The notes beneath the pieces are model-generated. The model ran no database searches and was not told where the DNA came from. It saw only the letters and a program-made list of their open reading frames with translations. Shown here one piece after another: positions 22,921 to 32,887 of a DNA stretch of 37,806 nt. Each line of letters opens with the position of its first letter. Position 1 is the stretch's first letter. Source of the stretch: a virus (lineage: Duplodnaviria > Caudoviricetes); the IMG/VR virus record IMGVR_UViG_3300017700_000495, positions 1 through 37,806 of that record; one strand, 5' to 3'. Both the position numbers and the translations under genes were made by a program.

Positions 22921-24274
22921 TGGCGTTTTCATCGCGGCGACGTATTACAACGAACCGGTCGGTTACGTCCGCGATGTATTACAGGCAGAGCCGGACACGT
23001 GGCAGATTCAAGCCCTTGAGGCCGTCCGAGACAACAAAAGGGTTGCAGGAGCGTCCGGGCACGGCATCGGGAAAACCGCCTTTGTAGCCTGGATTGTTCA
23101 CTGGTTCATGGCGACAAGGCCGAACCCGCAGGTTGTGGTAACCGCCAACACCAAGAATCAGTTGGACAGCAAGACGTGGCGAGAGCTGGCGAAGTGGAAC
23201 CAGAAGGCGCTTAACGGCTCGTGGTTCGAGGTCAAGGCGACCCGGATGGAACTGAAAGACAGCCCGGAAACGTGGTTTGCGTCGGCCATCCCTTGGACGG
23301 AACACAACAGCGAGTCATTCGCCGGCACGCACGAAGAGCATGTGCTTGTGGTCTTTGATGAGGCCAGCGCCATTGCAGACGTGATCTGGGATGTGGTTGA
23401 GGGTGCCATGACGACGCCTGGTGCGCGCTGGGTGGCGCTGGGCAACCCTACACGCAACACCGGGCGGTTTCGTGAGTGCTGGGGCCGGTTCAGGCATCGC
23501 TGGCACACGATGCAGGTTGACAGCCGCAACGCCAAAATGGCCGACCAGACGCAGATCAAGGAATGGATTGCCGACTACGGCGAGGATTCGGACTTTGTGC
23601 GCGTCAGGGTTAAGGGTGAGTTTCCGAAGAGTTCCAGCGCCCAGCTAATCAGCAGCGCCATTGTGGATGCGGCTGTGGCCTACAAGGCCGTCGGTTACGA
23701 AAAGCTGCCGCTGGTCATTGGCGTGGACATTGCCCGGTTTGGCGATGACCAGACGGTTATCTGTGCCAGGCGCGGCCGGAAGGTCTACCCGCTGAGCAAG
23801 TTCCGCGAGCTGGACACCATGCAAGTCGCCGGACAGATCGCAGCAGTGATCAAGTCCATGAAGCCCGCGTTGGTCAACATCGACATAGGCGCAATGGGTG
23901 CCGGGGTCGTGGACAGGCTCAGAGAGCAGGGCTTTGACGTTCGGGGCATCAACTTCGGGGGTGAACCCACGGACAAGGTGAAGTACGCCAACAAACGGGC
24001 GGAAATGTGGGGCGAGATGGGTAATTGGCTCAAGGAAGCCGGGGAGATCCCGGACGACTACGAGCTAAAGCAAGACCTGATCGGCCCTGAATACAGCTAC
24101 ACAAGCTCACAGCAGCTACTGCTGGAGAAAAAGGATTCCATGAAGCGCAGAGGTCTTTCATCGCCGGATTGTGCTGACGCTTTGGCGCTCACGTTCGCAT
24201 CCTTGGTGACCGACACCGCCAGCTATGGGGAAATACAACAAGCCGAGCCTAACGAGGACGGCTTTTACTTCTAA
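22898..24274 (+). CDS. terL: Terminase large subunit
   Basis: Walker A SGHGIGKT, Walker B VVFDEAS, GNPTR, nuclease GVDIARFGDD, SPDCADALALTF. Confidence 0.96.
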   Translation: MKHDSANDGVFIAATYYNEPVGYVRDVLQAEPDTWQIQALEAVRDNKRVAGASGHGIGKTAFVAWIVHWFMATRPNPQVVVTANTKNQLDSKTWRELAKWNQKALNGSWFEVKATRMELKDSPETWFASAIPWTEHNSESFAGTHEEHVLVVFDEASAIADVIWDVVEGAMTTPGARWVALGNPTRNTGRFRECWGRFRHRWHTMQVDSRNAKMADQTQIKEWIADYGEDSDFVRVRVKGEFPKSSSAQLISSAIVDAAVAYKAVGYEKLPLVIGVDIARFGDDQTVICARRGRKVYPLSKFRELDTMQVAGQIAAVIKSMKPALVNIDIGAMGAGVVDRLREQGFDVRGINFGGEPTDKVKYANKRAEMWGEMGNWLKEAGEIPDDYELKQDLIGPEYSYTSSQQLLLEKKDSMKRRGLSSPDCADALALTFASLVTDTASYGEIQQAEPNEDGFYF

Positions 24275-24277
24275 CTT

Positions 24278-26473
24278 ATGACTGAACTCGCCACATATTC
24301 ATCGCTAGCCAGCCTGCTTGAAGGCCGCCTGATGGAGTGGGAGAAGGCGCGCAAGCCGCAGGAGCAAAAGCTGCTGGAGTGCTACCAGGACGTGATGCGC
24401 ATCCCCCGGGATGACGACACGCAGGGAACTGGAGCGGCCCGGGCACGCAAGGCTAAGCCGCTGTTCATTGGTTCGACCCGGAACAAGGTCCGTGCCGCAC
24501 GGGCAAAGATCAACGATGCGCTGTTTGGCAACGGGCAGATGCCTTTTGACACCAAGCCGACCAATGAACAGCTTGCTCCCTTGGCTGACGTGGTGGAAGA
24601 CATCATCACCGAGCAGATGGAGCGCGGCGGTTTCAAGGAAATGCTGCGAACTGGCGTCAACACGCTGGCAACGTATGGAACTGGCTTCATCTTCGGCCCG
24701 TTCGTCCGCACTGAAAAGCTGATTGAAACCTCTGCCGAAATGGCTGGGCCGTCGATCAGCATTAAGGAAGTGGAATACGAGTTCGATCTACCTTATTTTG
24801 AGCTGGGCAACACACTAGACGTGTATCCGGACCCGGAGGCAAGGAACATCAGGACCGGGCTGGGCTGCTTTTGGGTGACGATGGAGAGCCCGCAAACCGT
24901 GGGCGCGTGGAAGGCAGACCCAAACTACAAGAACATCGCCCAAGCGCTGCAAGCACCTGGCGACAATGGCAATGAAACCGGTTCAGAGCGCGCTGTCCAG
25001 ATGCGCGGCAATGTGGATTACTGGTTCAAGAACGAGCGGATCAAGGTTGCGCGGTTTTTCGGTAAAGTTCCGCGTTCGCGCCTGTCGGATGAGGCGGTAG
25101 ATGGCAACAGCAGCGAGCCCGGCGCCGCCGCGACCGATCTGGTGGACGCTATCATCATCATGGCCGGTGGTGTGGTGGTCAAAGTCGCTGAAATGCCGTA
25201 TTCCGGCAAGTCTCCAACTCACCGCTGCCTTTACGAAGCCGTTGAGCATGAAATTTGGGGTGTTGGTGTTGCTGAAAACAACGCCCCCCACCAGAAGGTG
25301 ACAAACGCAGCCTTCCGCCTGTTCATGGAAGGCAAAGGCATGGCCCTTTTGGGTACATCCAGCGTTGACCGCAGCAAATTCCTGCCGACCGAGAATTTCA
25401 TCAAGTTCCCCGGCAAGGTCTACCAGATGAAGCCTGGCTTGACGCCTGACGAACGACAAGCCGCCATCATTCAGCACGTTGAGGCCGATATAACAGGCGG
25501 CTGGATTGAAGTTATCCGCATGTCCGAGCAGTTCAGCGACGACGACACGGCGATTACCAAGTACACGCAGGGCGACGACAGCCGCAACCTGAACAAAACA
25601 GCGTCCGGTATCTCCATGATCATGTCGGCCAGCTCTCTGCCGATGAAAGAAGTGATCCAGAACATCGATTCGATGTGGATCGAGCCCATTGTCGAGTGCT
25701 ATATCGACTGGAATCTGAAATACCTGGAGCCTGAGACTGTGGAGAAGATCCACGGCAAGGAGGCCGCTGAAAAGTGGAAGGCGATCAAGCAGTTCGGCAA
25801 GTCGTCTTTCATGGACTGGCAGGCCACCGGGACCAGCTCATTCATGCAAAAGGAAGTGCTGACCAACAAGATTCGGGCATTCTCTGAGTTCGCACTGGCA
25901 AACCCGCTCACCGCAGCCAAGATCGACGTTACCGAGCTGCTGAATCAAACGTGGGACGTGATGGAAATCGGCCGCGAGTCGCCAATTCTTGACGAAAACA
26001 ACCCCAAGCCTGGGGCCGCCCTGCCGCCCGAAGTGCAGCAGAAGATGCAGGAGCTTGAAGGGCAGGTTCAAGAGCTGAAACAAGGCCTTGAAGAAGCTGC
26101 CAAAGAACACGCCGAGCAGGAGGCTAAGCTGGCGAAGGCCGACATTGCCCTGAAGCGCGAGCAGGCGCTGAGCGACATCAAGGAGGCCAAGGCTTCGCTC
26201 GATGAGCGCGCCCTGCAGCTGAGCAGCCAATTGACGCCCGAGGCGATTCAAGAGCTGGTCTTGATGACCTTGCGCGATGCCATGCAACCGCAGATGCCGG
26301 AGGCCATGGAACCAGAGCCGCCGATGGAGCAAATGGAGCAATTGCCCGAAATGGCAGAGCCCATGCCTGAACAGTTTGAACCGCCCGGAATGCTGGAGCC
26401 CGAGCAGATGCCAGAACAGCCCGCCGAAGCGGGTTTTTTTACGCCTGAAGAAGGCCCAGAGGCTCCGCTTTGA
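24278..26473 (+). CDS. Portal protein (P22-like, long C-terminal coiled coil)
   Basis: 731 aa after terL; NKTASGISM motif; coiled coil then a P/E/M/Q-rich tail. Confidence 0.88.
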   Translation: MTELATYSSLASLLEGRLMEWEKARKPQEQKLLECYQDVMRIPRDDDTQGTGAARARKAKPLFIGSTRNKVRAARAKINDALFGNGQMPFDTKPTNEQLAPLADVVEDIITEQMERGGFKEMLRTGVNTLATYGTGFIFGPFVRTEKLIETSAEMAGPSISIKEVEYEFDLPYFELGNTLDVYPDPEARNIRTGLGCFWVTMESPQTVGAWKADPNYKNIAQALQAPGDNGNETGSERAVQMRGNVDYWFKNERIKVARFFGKVPRSRLSDEAVDGNSSEPGAAATDLVDAIIIMAGGVVVKVAEMPYSGKSPTHRCLYEAVEHEIWGVGVAENNAPHQKVTNAAFRLFMEGKGMALLGTSSVDRSKFLPTENFIKFPGKVYQMKPGLTPDERQAAIIQHVEADITGGWIEVIRMSEQFSDDDTAITKYTQGDDSRNLNKTASGISMIMSASSLPMKEVIQNIDSMWIEPIVECYIDWNLKYLEPETVEKIHGKEAAEKWKAIKQFGKSSFMDWQATGTSSFMQKEVLTNKIRAFSEFALANPLTAAKIDVTELLNQTWDVMEIGRESPILDENNPKPGAALPPEVQQKMQELEGQVQELKQGLEEAAKEHAEQEAKLAKADIALKREQALSDIKEAKASLDERALQLSSQLTPEAIQELVLMTLRDAMQPQMPEAMEPEPPMEQMEQLPEMAEPMPEQFEPPGMLEPEQMPEQPAEAGFFTPEEGPEAPL

Positions 26474-26721
26474 TGCCTTTGGAGGACCGGGCTAGCGAAA
26501 TCATCACCCAGCTTGGCGCGCTTGAGCGCAGTTGGACAACTTTCACCGGCTTGCTCGATGAGCGAATTGCGATTCGCACCAAAGAGCTGGTCAACCACAA
26601 CAACGAGGAAACCCGGGGCCGCATCAAGGCCCTGGAGGAACTCAAGGAATTGCCTGCCCAGTTGCACTCAGAACTGGAAGGCATCAGGGCCGCACTATCC
26701 GAACAGGACGCGGCGATTTAG
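26470..26721 (+). CDS. Small conserved protein between portal and scaffold
   Basis: RGRIKALEELKELP motif and synteny. Confidence 0.7.
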   Translation: MMPLEDRASEIITQLGALERSWTTFTGLLDERIAIRTKELVNHNNEETRGRIKALEELKELPAQLHSELEGIRAALSEQDAAI

Positions 26722-26765
26722 AGCAATGGACTATCGGGCTTAACCGACCCATGAGGAGCGAATGA

Positions 26766-27551
26766 ATGGATGACGCGGAATATCAGAAGGAATACGACAA
26801 AGCAATGAAGGAGCTGGAAGGCGAAGCGGCGGGGAAACCCACTACTGCGACGACTGAGGAAGTAACGGACAAAGCCACACCGGAAACACCTGCAAAGGAA
26901 GAACCCGCCAAGGCTGAGCCCGAGAAAACCACACCAGAGCCCGAAAAGACACCCGAGCCTGACCCTCTAGAGGAAATCAGGGCGAAGCTGGCAAAGACTG
27001 AAAAGGCGCTGAAGGACACCCAGTCATGGGGAACCAGAAACGCCCAGGAACTGGCCCAGCTCAAGCGAGAAAGCGACGAGCGAAAGCGACAAGCCGAACG
27101 CCCCGCCATTCTGGATGCAAATCCGGAGCTGGAAGCGGCCATCAAGTTTGTTGCGCCGGCAGTCGAGCCGCAAGGCCCGGACCCGCTGGCGATTCGCAAC
27201 CAGATCATTGAACGGGCTCACCCCGGCATCTTCAACATGGATGTCGATCCGGAGCTAGTCAAAGGAATCATGGCGCGCTACGACGCTTTGGGTGATGACG
27301 TTATCGACCCTCTGGCATGTATCCGCGAAATCACGGCTGAAAAGCTGGCGCATACAGAGCGGCAAATTGGCAAGCGTTTCGCTGCCGAGTCCGCAAAAGC
27401 TGCGCAAAAGAGCGCGATGTCTGTTCCAGGTGCTGGCGGGGGAGGTGTGAAAAACGCCAACCTCGATGCAGATCTGGCAGCAGCAGAGCGTATCAAAAAC
27501 ATGTCGCCTGCCGAGTTCGAGAAAGAACGACGCAGGGTTCTAGGTTATTAA
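26766..27551 (+). CDS. Capsid scaffolding protein
   Basis: Acidic, PEK-rich and coiled-coil; just upstream of the capsid gene. Confidence 0.8.
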   Translation: MDDAEYQKEYDKAMKELEGEAAGKPTTATTEEVTDKATPETPAKEEPAKAEPEKTTPEPEKTPEPDPLEEIRAKLAKTEKALKDTQSWGTRNAQELAQLKRESDERKRQAERPAILDANPELEAAIKFVAPAVEPQGPDPLAIRNQIIERAHPGIFNMDVDPELVKGIMARYDALGDDVIDPLACIREITAEKLAHTERQIGKRFAAESAKAAQKSAMSVPGAGGGGVKNANLDADLAAAERIKNMSPAEFEKERRRVLGY

Positions 27552-27570
27552 CCGATAGGAAATTTTCATC

Positions 27571-28560
27571 ATGGGATCTACCACTCTTACCCAAGTCCCC
27601 CCAGGCGTAGCGGCGTTTTACGACCGCAACCTTCTGGAACGCGCCCAGCCTGCAGAAGTGCATGGTCGGTTTGGTCAACAGCGCCCCATCGCCATGCGAA
27701 GCGGCAATCAGATCAAATTCCGCCGCTACTCGCAGCTCGCTGTGGCATCCACGCCGCTGACCGAAGGCGTCACGCCCTCCGGCTCCAGCCTGGCAGTCAC
27801 CGACCTGACGGCCTCGCTGGCTCAGTACGGCGATTACGTCACCTTGACTGACATGGTTTCCATGACCAACCAAGACCCGGTTGTGACTGAGGCCACTGAC
27901 GTTCTGGGCGACCAGGCCGGCACGACCATCGACCAGGCCCGCCGCGATGTGCTGGTTGCCGGCACGAACGTGGCCTATGCCAACGGCGTTGCTGGCCGCA
28001 CCAGCGTCAACGTTTCGCTGGCCGCTGCTGATCTGAACAAGGCAATCCGCGCCCTGAAGGTGCAAAACGCCAAGTTCATGAAGGAAGGCATCATGCCGAC
28101 CGACAAGATCAACACTGGCGCCGTCCGCAAGTCGTTCATCGCCATCGTTCACCCCGATGTCGAGTTCGACCTGGAAAGCATCAGCGGCTACCGCGCAGTT
28201 TCCGACTACGCAAGCCAGGCCGGCGTGATCGAGGACGAAATCGGTTCTTACAAGAACATCCGCTTCGTTTCCTCGACCAACGCCAAGATCTTCGCAGGCG
28301 GCGGCGCTGCTGGCACCACTGTTTACAAGAACAACGGCGCCAACTTCGACGTTTACGTCACGCTGATCTTCGCTGCCAACAGCTACGGCGTCTGCCCGCT
28401 GGCCGGCAATGCGATGAAGTCCTATGTCAAGGGCCTGGGCTCTGCTGGTTCGGCTGACCCGCTGGAGCAGCGCTCCACCGTGGGCTGGAAAGCCACGACC
28501 ACGACCAAGATCCTGAACGACACCTGGATGATCCGCATCGAATCGGCGGCTTCGCTGTAA
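27571..28560 (+). CDS. Major capsid protein, N4-gp56 family
   Basis: FYDRNLLERA, IKFRRY, LTEGVTP, LAQYGD, DPLEQRSTVGWK. Confidence 0.93.
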   Translation: MGSTTLTQVPPGVAAFYDRNLLERAQPAEVHGRFGQQRPIAMRSGNQIKFRRYSQLAVASTPLTEGVTPSGSSLAVTDLTASLAQYGDYVTLTDMVSMTNQDPVVTEATDVLGDQAGTTIDQARRDVLVAGTNVAYANGVAGRTSVNVSLAAADLNKAIRALKVQNAKFMKEGIMPTDKINTGAVRKSFIAIVHPDVEFDLESISGYRAVSDYASQAGVIEDEIGSYKNIRFVSSTNAKIFAGGGAAGTTVYKNNGANFDVYVTLIFAANSYGVCPLAGNAMKSYVKGLGSAGSADPLEQRSTVGWKATTTTKILNDTWMIRIESAASL

Positions 28561-28605
28561 ACCAAACATCCCCCTTAACCGGGGGATTCTTCACAAGGAA
28601 AAATC

Positions 28606-28932
28606 ATGGCAATCACGACCAACACACAAACGAACACCAACGGCGTTGCAAATCTCGCTGTCGGCAAGATCGTTTCCGACGCGGGCGCCGCTGCTGCGCT
28701 CACCATCAGCCTGGGCTTCGTCCCTCGCTTTGTGCGCTTCGTCAACCTGACGGACCGCATCACGGACGAGTGGTACGAGGGCATGGCTTCGGCATCCTCG
28801 CTGCACGTCGTTGCGGCCGGCACCCAGACGTTGGAAACGACCAACGGCATCGCGGTTTCGGGCCAGACGTTCACGCTGACCGCTACCACGATGGTTGCGT
28901 CTAAAACCTTCTACTGGGAAGCCTACGCCTAA
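28606..28932 (+). CDS. Putative capsid decoration protein
   Basis: Thr/Ala-rich; LGFVPRFV motif; lies between the capsid gene and a terminator. Confidence 0.65.
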   Translation: MAITTNTQTNTNGVANLAVGKIVSDAGAAAALTISLGFVPRFVRFVNLTDRITDEWYEGMASASSLHVVAAGTQTLETTNGIAVSGQTFTLTATTMVASKTFYWEAYA

Positions 28933-28953
28933 ACAGCGCAGTTCCCACAACCC

Positions 28954-28981
28954 AAGGCCCGGCTAACCCCGGGCCTTTTTT
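28954..28981 (+). terminator. Intrinsic terminator after the capsid genes
   Basis: AGGCCCGG-CTAACC-CCGGGCCT followed by a T-run. Confidence 0.85.
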
Positions 28982-28994
28982 CATGGAGAAAACG

Positions 28995-29309
28995 ATGACC
29001 GAAGTTCTGGACGCACCACTGAAGACGGCCAAGGCCGAAAAGAAACCCCTCAAGAAGTGGAAGATCACTTTCCACAGCGGCGAAGGCGAAGCCGCCGACA
29101 CATCCGATATTGAAATCGGGCACAACTACAAGATCAATGTTTACAAGCGGAACGTCGAGACGACGATTGACGAGAATTTCCTCGACTCGCTCAAAGCCGC
29201 CGTTATCAAAACTTCCGTCACCACCGTTTCCGCTGACGGGCTGAGCAAAACCACGCAGGCAATCACGATCCCGCGTTTTGCCTACACCTTGGGCGAGCAG
29301 GTCCAGTAA
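28995..29309 (+). CDS. Hypothetical protein (virion module)
   Basis: GGAG SD; synteny. Confidence 0.7.
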   Translation: MTEVLDAPLKTAKAEKKPLKKWKITFHSGEGEAADTSDIEIGHNYKINVYKRNVETTIDENFLDSLKAAVIKTSVTTVSADGLSKTTQAITIPRFAYTLGEQVQ

Positions 29310-30004
29310 TGTCCACCAACTGGTCGATTACTGCCTCGGACATCATTCGGGGAGCGCTTGAGGTCAACGGCGCGATTGATCCGACCGAGCCAGTGTCGGC
29401 CGAGGACAGCGAAGTCTGCCTGCGCGCCTTCAACGGCATCATTAAAGAGATGCCGTTGCATGGGCTGTCATGGCCCAAGTTGACCAGCACGGCGGTTTCT
29501 CTGTCGTGGAGTGCATTGGCCCCGGGTCTCGCCACGCCTCCAGCGGACTATTTCGGCGTGCCTGTACTCAAGTACACCGCAGCCAATGGCCGGCTGTTCG
29601 AGCTGAAGCAGCTCACCCGCGTCAAGTTCGAACTGTGCGACCTCGCGCAAACCGCGCCTTACCCAGAGTTTTTTTACGAGGCGCCAAACCGCACGTTCAC
29701 CTACTGGCCCACGCCGACGCAAGACCCCGGCGCAAAGCTCGATTACCAGGCTATCGCCGACGACATTGTTCTGACCGCTGCGCCCGATGTGCAGCAGGCT
29801 TATCTCAACATGTTCGAGCTGTGGGTTGGAGACAAGATTTCCCTGAAGTTCATGACGCCGCAGCCGATGCGCGTTGAAATCAACACCCGCATGAAAGAAG
29901 CGCGGGAACTTGTCAAACAGTGGGCTGTTGACATGGCGCCGCTTGAGTTCACTGTGGACAACTACGGCGGCGGCTATCACTCCGGGGTTGATCGGTGGAA
30001 CTAG
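29309..30004 (+). CDS. Head-tail adaptor (P22 gp4-like)
   Basis: TASDIIRGALEVNG..AED..CLRAFNGII pattern and synteny. Confidence 0.75.
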   Translation: MSTNWSITASDIIRGALEVNGAIDPTEPVSAEDSEVCLRAFNGIIKEMPLHGLSWPKLTSTAVSLSWSALAPGLATPPADYFGVPVLKYTAANGRLFELKQLTRVKFELCDLAQTAPYPEFFYEAPNRTFTYWPTPTQDPGAKLDYQAIADDIVLTAAPDVQQAYLNMFELWVGDKISLKFMTPQPMRVEINTRMKEARELVKQWAVDMAPLEFTVDNYGGGYHSGVDRWN

Positions 30005-31398
30005 AGCCGATCCCTCTGTTCGGCCTGAGCAACAAGAGCCGCTCGCCGTCAGTCAGCGATCAGGAGCGCGTCAACCTGTACAGTGAGATTTCGCCCGATG
30101 GCGAGCGAGGCGGGAAGATCACGATGTATTGCATGCCCGGGCTGACTGGGCAGAGCAACTATGGGGCGAATCCGAACCGTGGCGCGTGGTCACACGGGGA
30201 TTTCAAGTACATCGTCAACCGCGACAAGCTCTGGAAAGAGGCGAACGACGGCACGCAGACCGAACTAGGCACGCTGCTGACCTCTGGCGGTCTGGTGGAT
30301 ATGTGCGACAACGGCACGCAGCTCATGATTGTGGACGGCACGGCCGGCTACATCCTGACTTTTGCCAGCGATGCGTTTGTGCAGGTCGGCGGCGACTTTC
30401 CTGCTAATCCGACTTCCGTCACGTTCCTGAATCTGCGCTTTGTCTGTACCTTTGCGGGGACTGGGCAGTATTACTGGTCAGCCATCAACGACGGCACGAG
30501 CTGGGACGCGCTGGATTTTGCGACAGAGGAATCAAACCCCGACAATTTGGTCCGCGTCATCGCCGATAACGGCCAATTGGTGCTGTTTGGCGAGTTCACG
30601 ACGGGTTTTGCGGGCGCGACTGGCAACGATGACGCGGCTTTTGGCCGGATCGGTGCGGCCGCAATCGAATTCGGCCTTGCCTCAAAGAATTCGCTCGACA
30701 AGTTCGATCAATCGTTGATTTTCATGAGTAAAACCCGCCTTGGCGGTGTGCAAGTCTGCACCCTGAGCGGCTACACGTTGCAAGTCGTGTCGAATCCCGA
30801 CATTGAAACGCTATTTTCCAAGTATTCCGGCATCGATAGCGCGACCGGCTTCTCTTTCCAGCACCAGGGCCACAGCTTTTACCAGATCAACTTCACCGCC
30901 GAGAACATTTCATGGCGGTACGACGGCAGGACCGGCGACTGGCACAAAGCAGAGTCCAGCGGAGGCCGTCACAGGGCGGAGATTCAGGTTAACCACCAGA
31001 ACCGCAGCTATGTGACCGACTACGAAACAGGGAATTTGTACCTGTTCGACCCGGACTCGCTGACCGACAACGGCGCGACGATCACCCGCAAATTCATCGG
31101 ACGCCATCTGACAACCGGCAACGTCTCGCGCTTCGCTGAAATCTGGATTGATATGCAGATGGGCGTAGGGACGACGACAGGGCAGGGCGTCAACCCTCAA
31201 CTGATGATGCGGATTAGCAAGGACGGCGGCAAGACGTGGGGCAATGAGCGATGGGCCAACATTGGACAGCTTGGCGACTACAAGGCAAAAGCCAAGTTCC
31301 GCAGGCTGGGCCGGGCAGATCCGGCGTGGACGTTTGAATTCACCGTGACAGACCCGGTTGACGTGACGTTTATCGGCGCTTGGGGGCGGAGGGCCTGA
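29995..31398 (+). CDS. Tail hub / DNA stabilisation protein (P22 gp10-like)
   Basis: DNGTQLMIVDG, WDALDFATEESNPDNL, SKDGGKTWGN, RRLGR. Confidence 0.9.
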   Translation: MELEPIPLFGLSNKSRSPSVSDQERVNLYSEISPDGERGGKITMYCMPGLTGQSNYGANPNRGAWSHGDFKYIVNRDKLWKEANDGTQTELGTLLTSGGLVDMCDNGTQLMIVDGTAGYILTFASDAFVQVGGDFPANPTSVTFLNLRFVCTFAGTGQYYWSAINDGTSWDALDFATEESNPDNLVRVIADNGQLVLFGEFTTGFAGATGNDDAAFGRIGAAAIEFGLASKNSLDKFDQSLIFMSKTRLGGVQVCTLSGYTLQVVSNPDIETLFSKYSGIDSATGFSFQHQGHSFYQINFTAENISWRYDGRTGDWHKAESSGGRHRAEIQVNHQNRSYVTDYETGNLYLFDPDSLTDNGATITRKFIGRHLTTGNVSRFAEIWIDMQMGVGTTTGQGVNPQLMMRISKDGGKTWGNERWANIGQLGDYKAKAKFRRLGRADPAWTFEFTVTDPVDVTFIGAWGRRA

Positions 31399-31616
31399 TG
31401 GCAACGAAACCACCCCAAAGGCCGGACAGCAACATTCAGGCACCAGGCGGGCAGATTCAGCCGCCGTGGAACATTTATTTCACGGCCATGGAGCGCTCTA
31501 TCCGTTCGCTGGAGGCGCTGCCCGTCTATGCCAATGACGCTGCAGCCGCTGCCGGTGGACTGCCTCTGTACGGCTTTTACACCACGGCCGGCGTCGTTCA
31601 TCAAAGGGTTGTTTAA
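31398..31616 (+). CDS. Small virion protein
   Basis: PPWNIYF..YANDAAAAAGGL; TGATG overlap. Confidence 0.7.
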   Translation: MATKPPQRPDSNIQAPGGQIQPPWNIYFTAMERSIRSLEALPVYANDAAAAAGGLPLYGFYTTAGVVHQRVV

Positions 31617-32099
31617 GTGCTTGTCAGCTACTCATTCCGGCTAATCGAAGCCGGGAAGGGTCCGACTGCGCGAGAAAAGGCCGAACGGCTGGAAAAGGTG
31701 CTACTGACAGCGCCGCAGGTCGATTGCCCTGTTCGTGAGTATTTCGCGCCGGGCATCTACGCAAGGGAAATCACGCTGCCCGCTGGGACCGTTTTGGTTG
31801 GCGCAGTTCACAAGATGGCGAACCTTGCGATCTTGTCCAAAGGCCGTTTGATCCTGGCGACTGACAACGGGCCGATTGAGATATCCGCCCCGTACACGCT
31901 GACCGTCAAGCCCGGGGCAAAGAACGCGGCGACCGCTTTAGAGGATTCGGTATGGACGAACTTCCTGCCTAACCCTACCGACGAAAAAGACCCCGAAAAG
32001 CTGGCGGAAATGTTCACCGAATCGAAAGCCTGCGAGCTGCTGGGCGGGTCAAAGAACGCGCAACTACTCGCAAACAAATCTATGGAATTGGAGGCCTAA
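31617..32099 (+). CDS. Cupin-like protein of the podovirus virion module
   Basis: FAPGIYAREITLPAGTVLVGAVHK..ALEDSVWTN. Confidence 0.75.
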   Translation: MLVSYSFRLIEAGKGPTAREKAERLEKVLLTAPQVDCPVREYFAPGIYAREITLPAGTVLVGAVHKMANLAILSKGRLILATDNGPIEISAPYTLTVKPGAKNAATALEDSVWTNFLPNPTDEKDPEKLAEMFTESKACELLGGSKNAQLLANKSMELEA

Positions 32100-32885
32100 A
32101 TGGCATTTGGACTATCAGCAAGCGCGGTCGGTCTGATCGGTGCCGGTGCTGGTCTTGTTGGCTCTGCAATGGCGTCTGGTGCCGCTGGTGATGCGGCAGA
32201 TGCCCAAGTTGCGGCGGCAGACCGTGCCAGCGCCACGCAGGAGGCCGCACGCAAGCAGCAACGTGAAGACCTCATGCCATGGATGAAGGCCGGGCAAGAG
32301 GGCAACAACAAGCTGCAATACCTGCTGGGCAACGGCGGGACGGATGTGGCCGGCCGGACTTACGGCGAGTTGCTTAAGGGCTTTGATCAGAACGACCTCA
32401 ACAACGATGTTGTTTACAACACCGGGCTGAAGTTTGGCCTTGATACCGGCACCAACGCAATCAACACCCGCGCCGCGTCCTCTGGTGGTTACGGCTCTGG
32501 CGCAGCTTTGAAGGCCCTGACGCGCTTCGGCAACGACTACGGCACGACCAAGGCGGCGGGCGCCTATGACCGCCTCATGAACGACAAAAACCAGCGTTAC
32601 AACTTCCTTGCCGGTCAGTCTCAAATGGGACAGAACGCAGCCGCAGGGGTCGGCGCTGCCGGTATGTCCGCAGCGAACGGCATCGCTCAGAACCAGCTTG
32701 CAGCCGGTAACGCGCAGTCTGCCGGGATGGTCGGCAGCGCAAACGCCATAAGCGGCGGCATCTCTGACGCTACCAATGCCTACCGGTGGAACCAGCTCTT
32801 GAACAAGGGCAAACCGGCCTATCAGACGCCGGGCTACAACCCGACCGATAGTTATCTTTATGGCAACGCCGGATCGGGGAGTTAA
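32100..32885 (+). CDS. DNA ejection protein (P22 gp7-like)
   Basis: Gly/Ala-rich N-terminus, PWMKAG, SGAALKALTRFG, LAAGNAQSAG. Confidence 0.85.
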   Translation: MAFGLSASAVGLIGAGAGLVGSAMASGAAGDAADAQVAAADRASATQEAARKQQREDLMPWMKAGQEGNNKLQYLLGNGGTDVAGRTYGELLKGFDQNDLNNDVVYNTGLKFGLDTGTNAINTRAASSGGYGSGAALKALTRFGNDYGTTKAAGAYDRLMNDKNQRYNFLAGQSQMGQNAAAGVGAAGMSAANGIAQNQLAAGNAQSAGMVGSANAISGGISDATNAYRWNQLLNKGKPAYQTPGYNPTDSYLYGNAGSGS

Positions 32886-32887
32886 GC

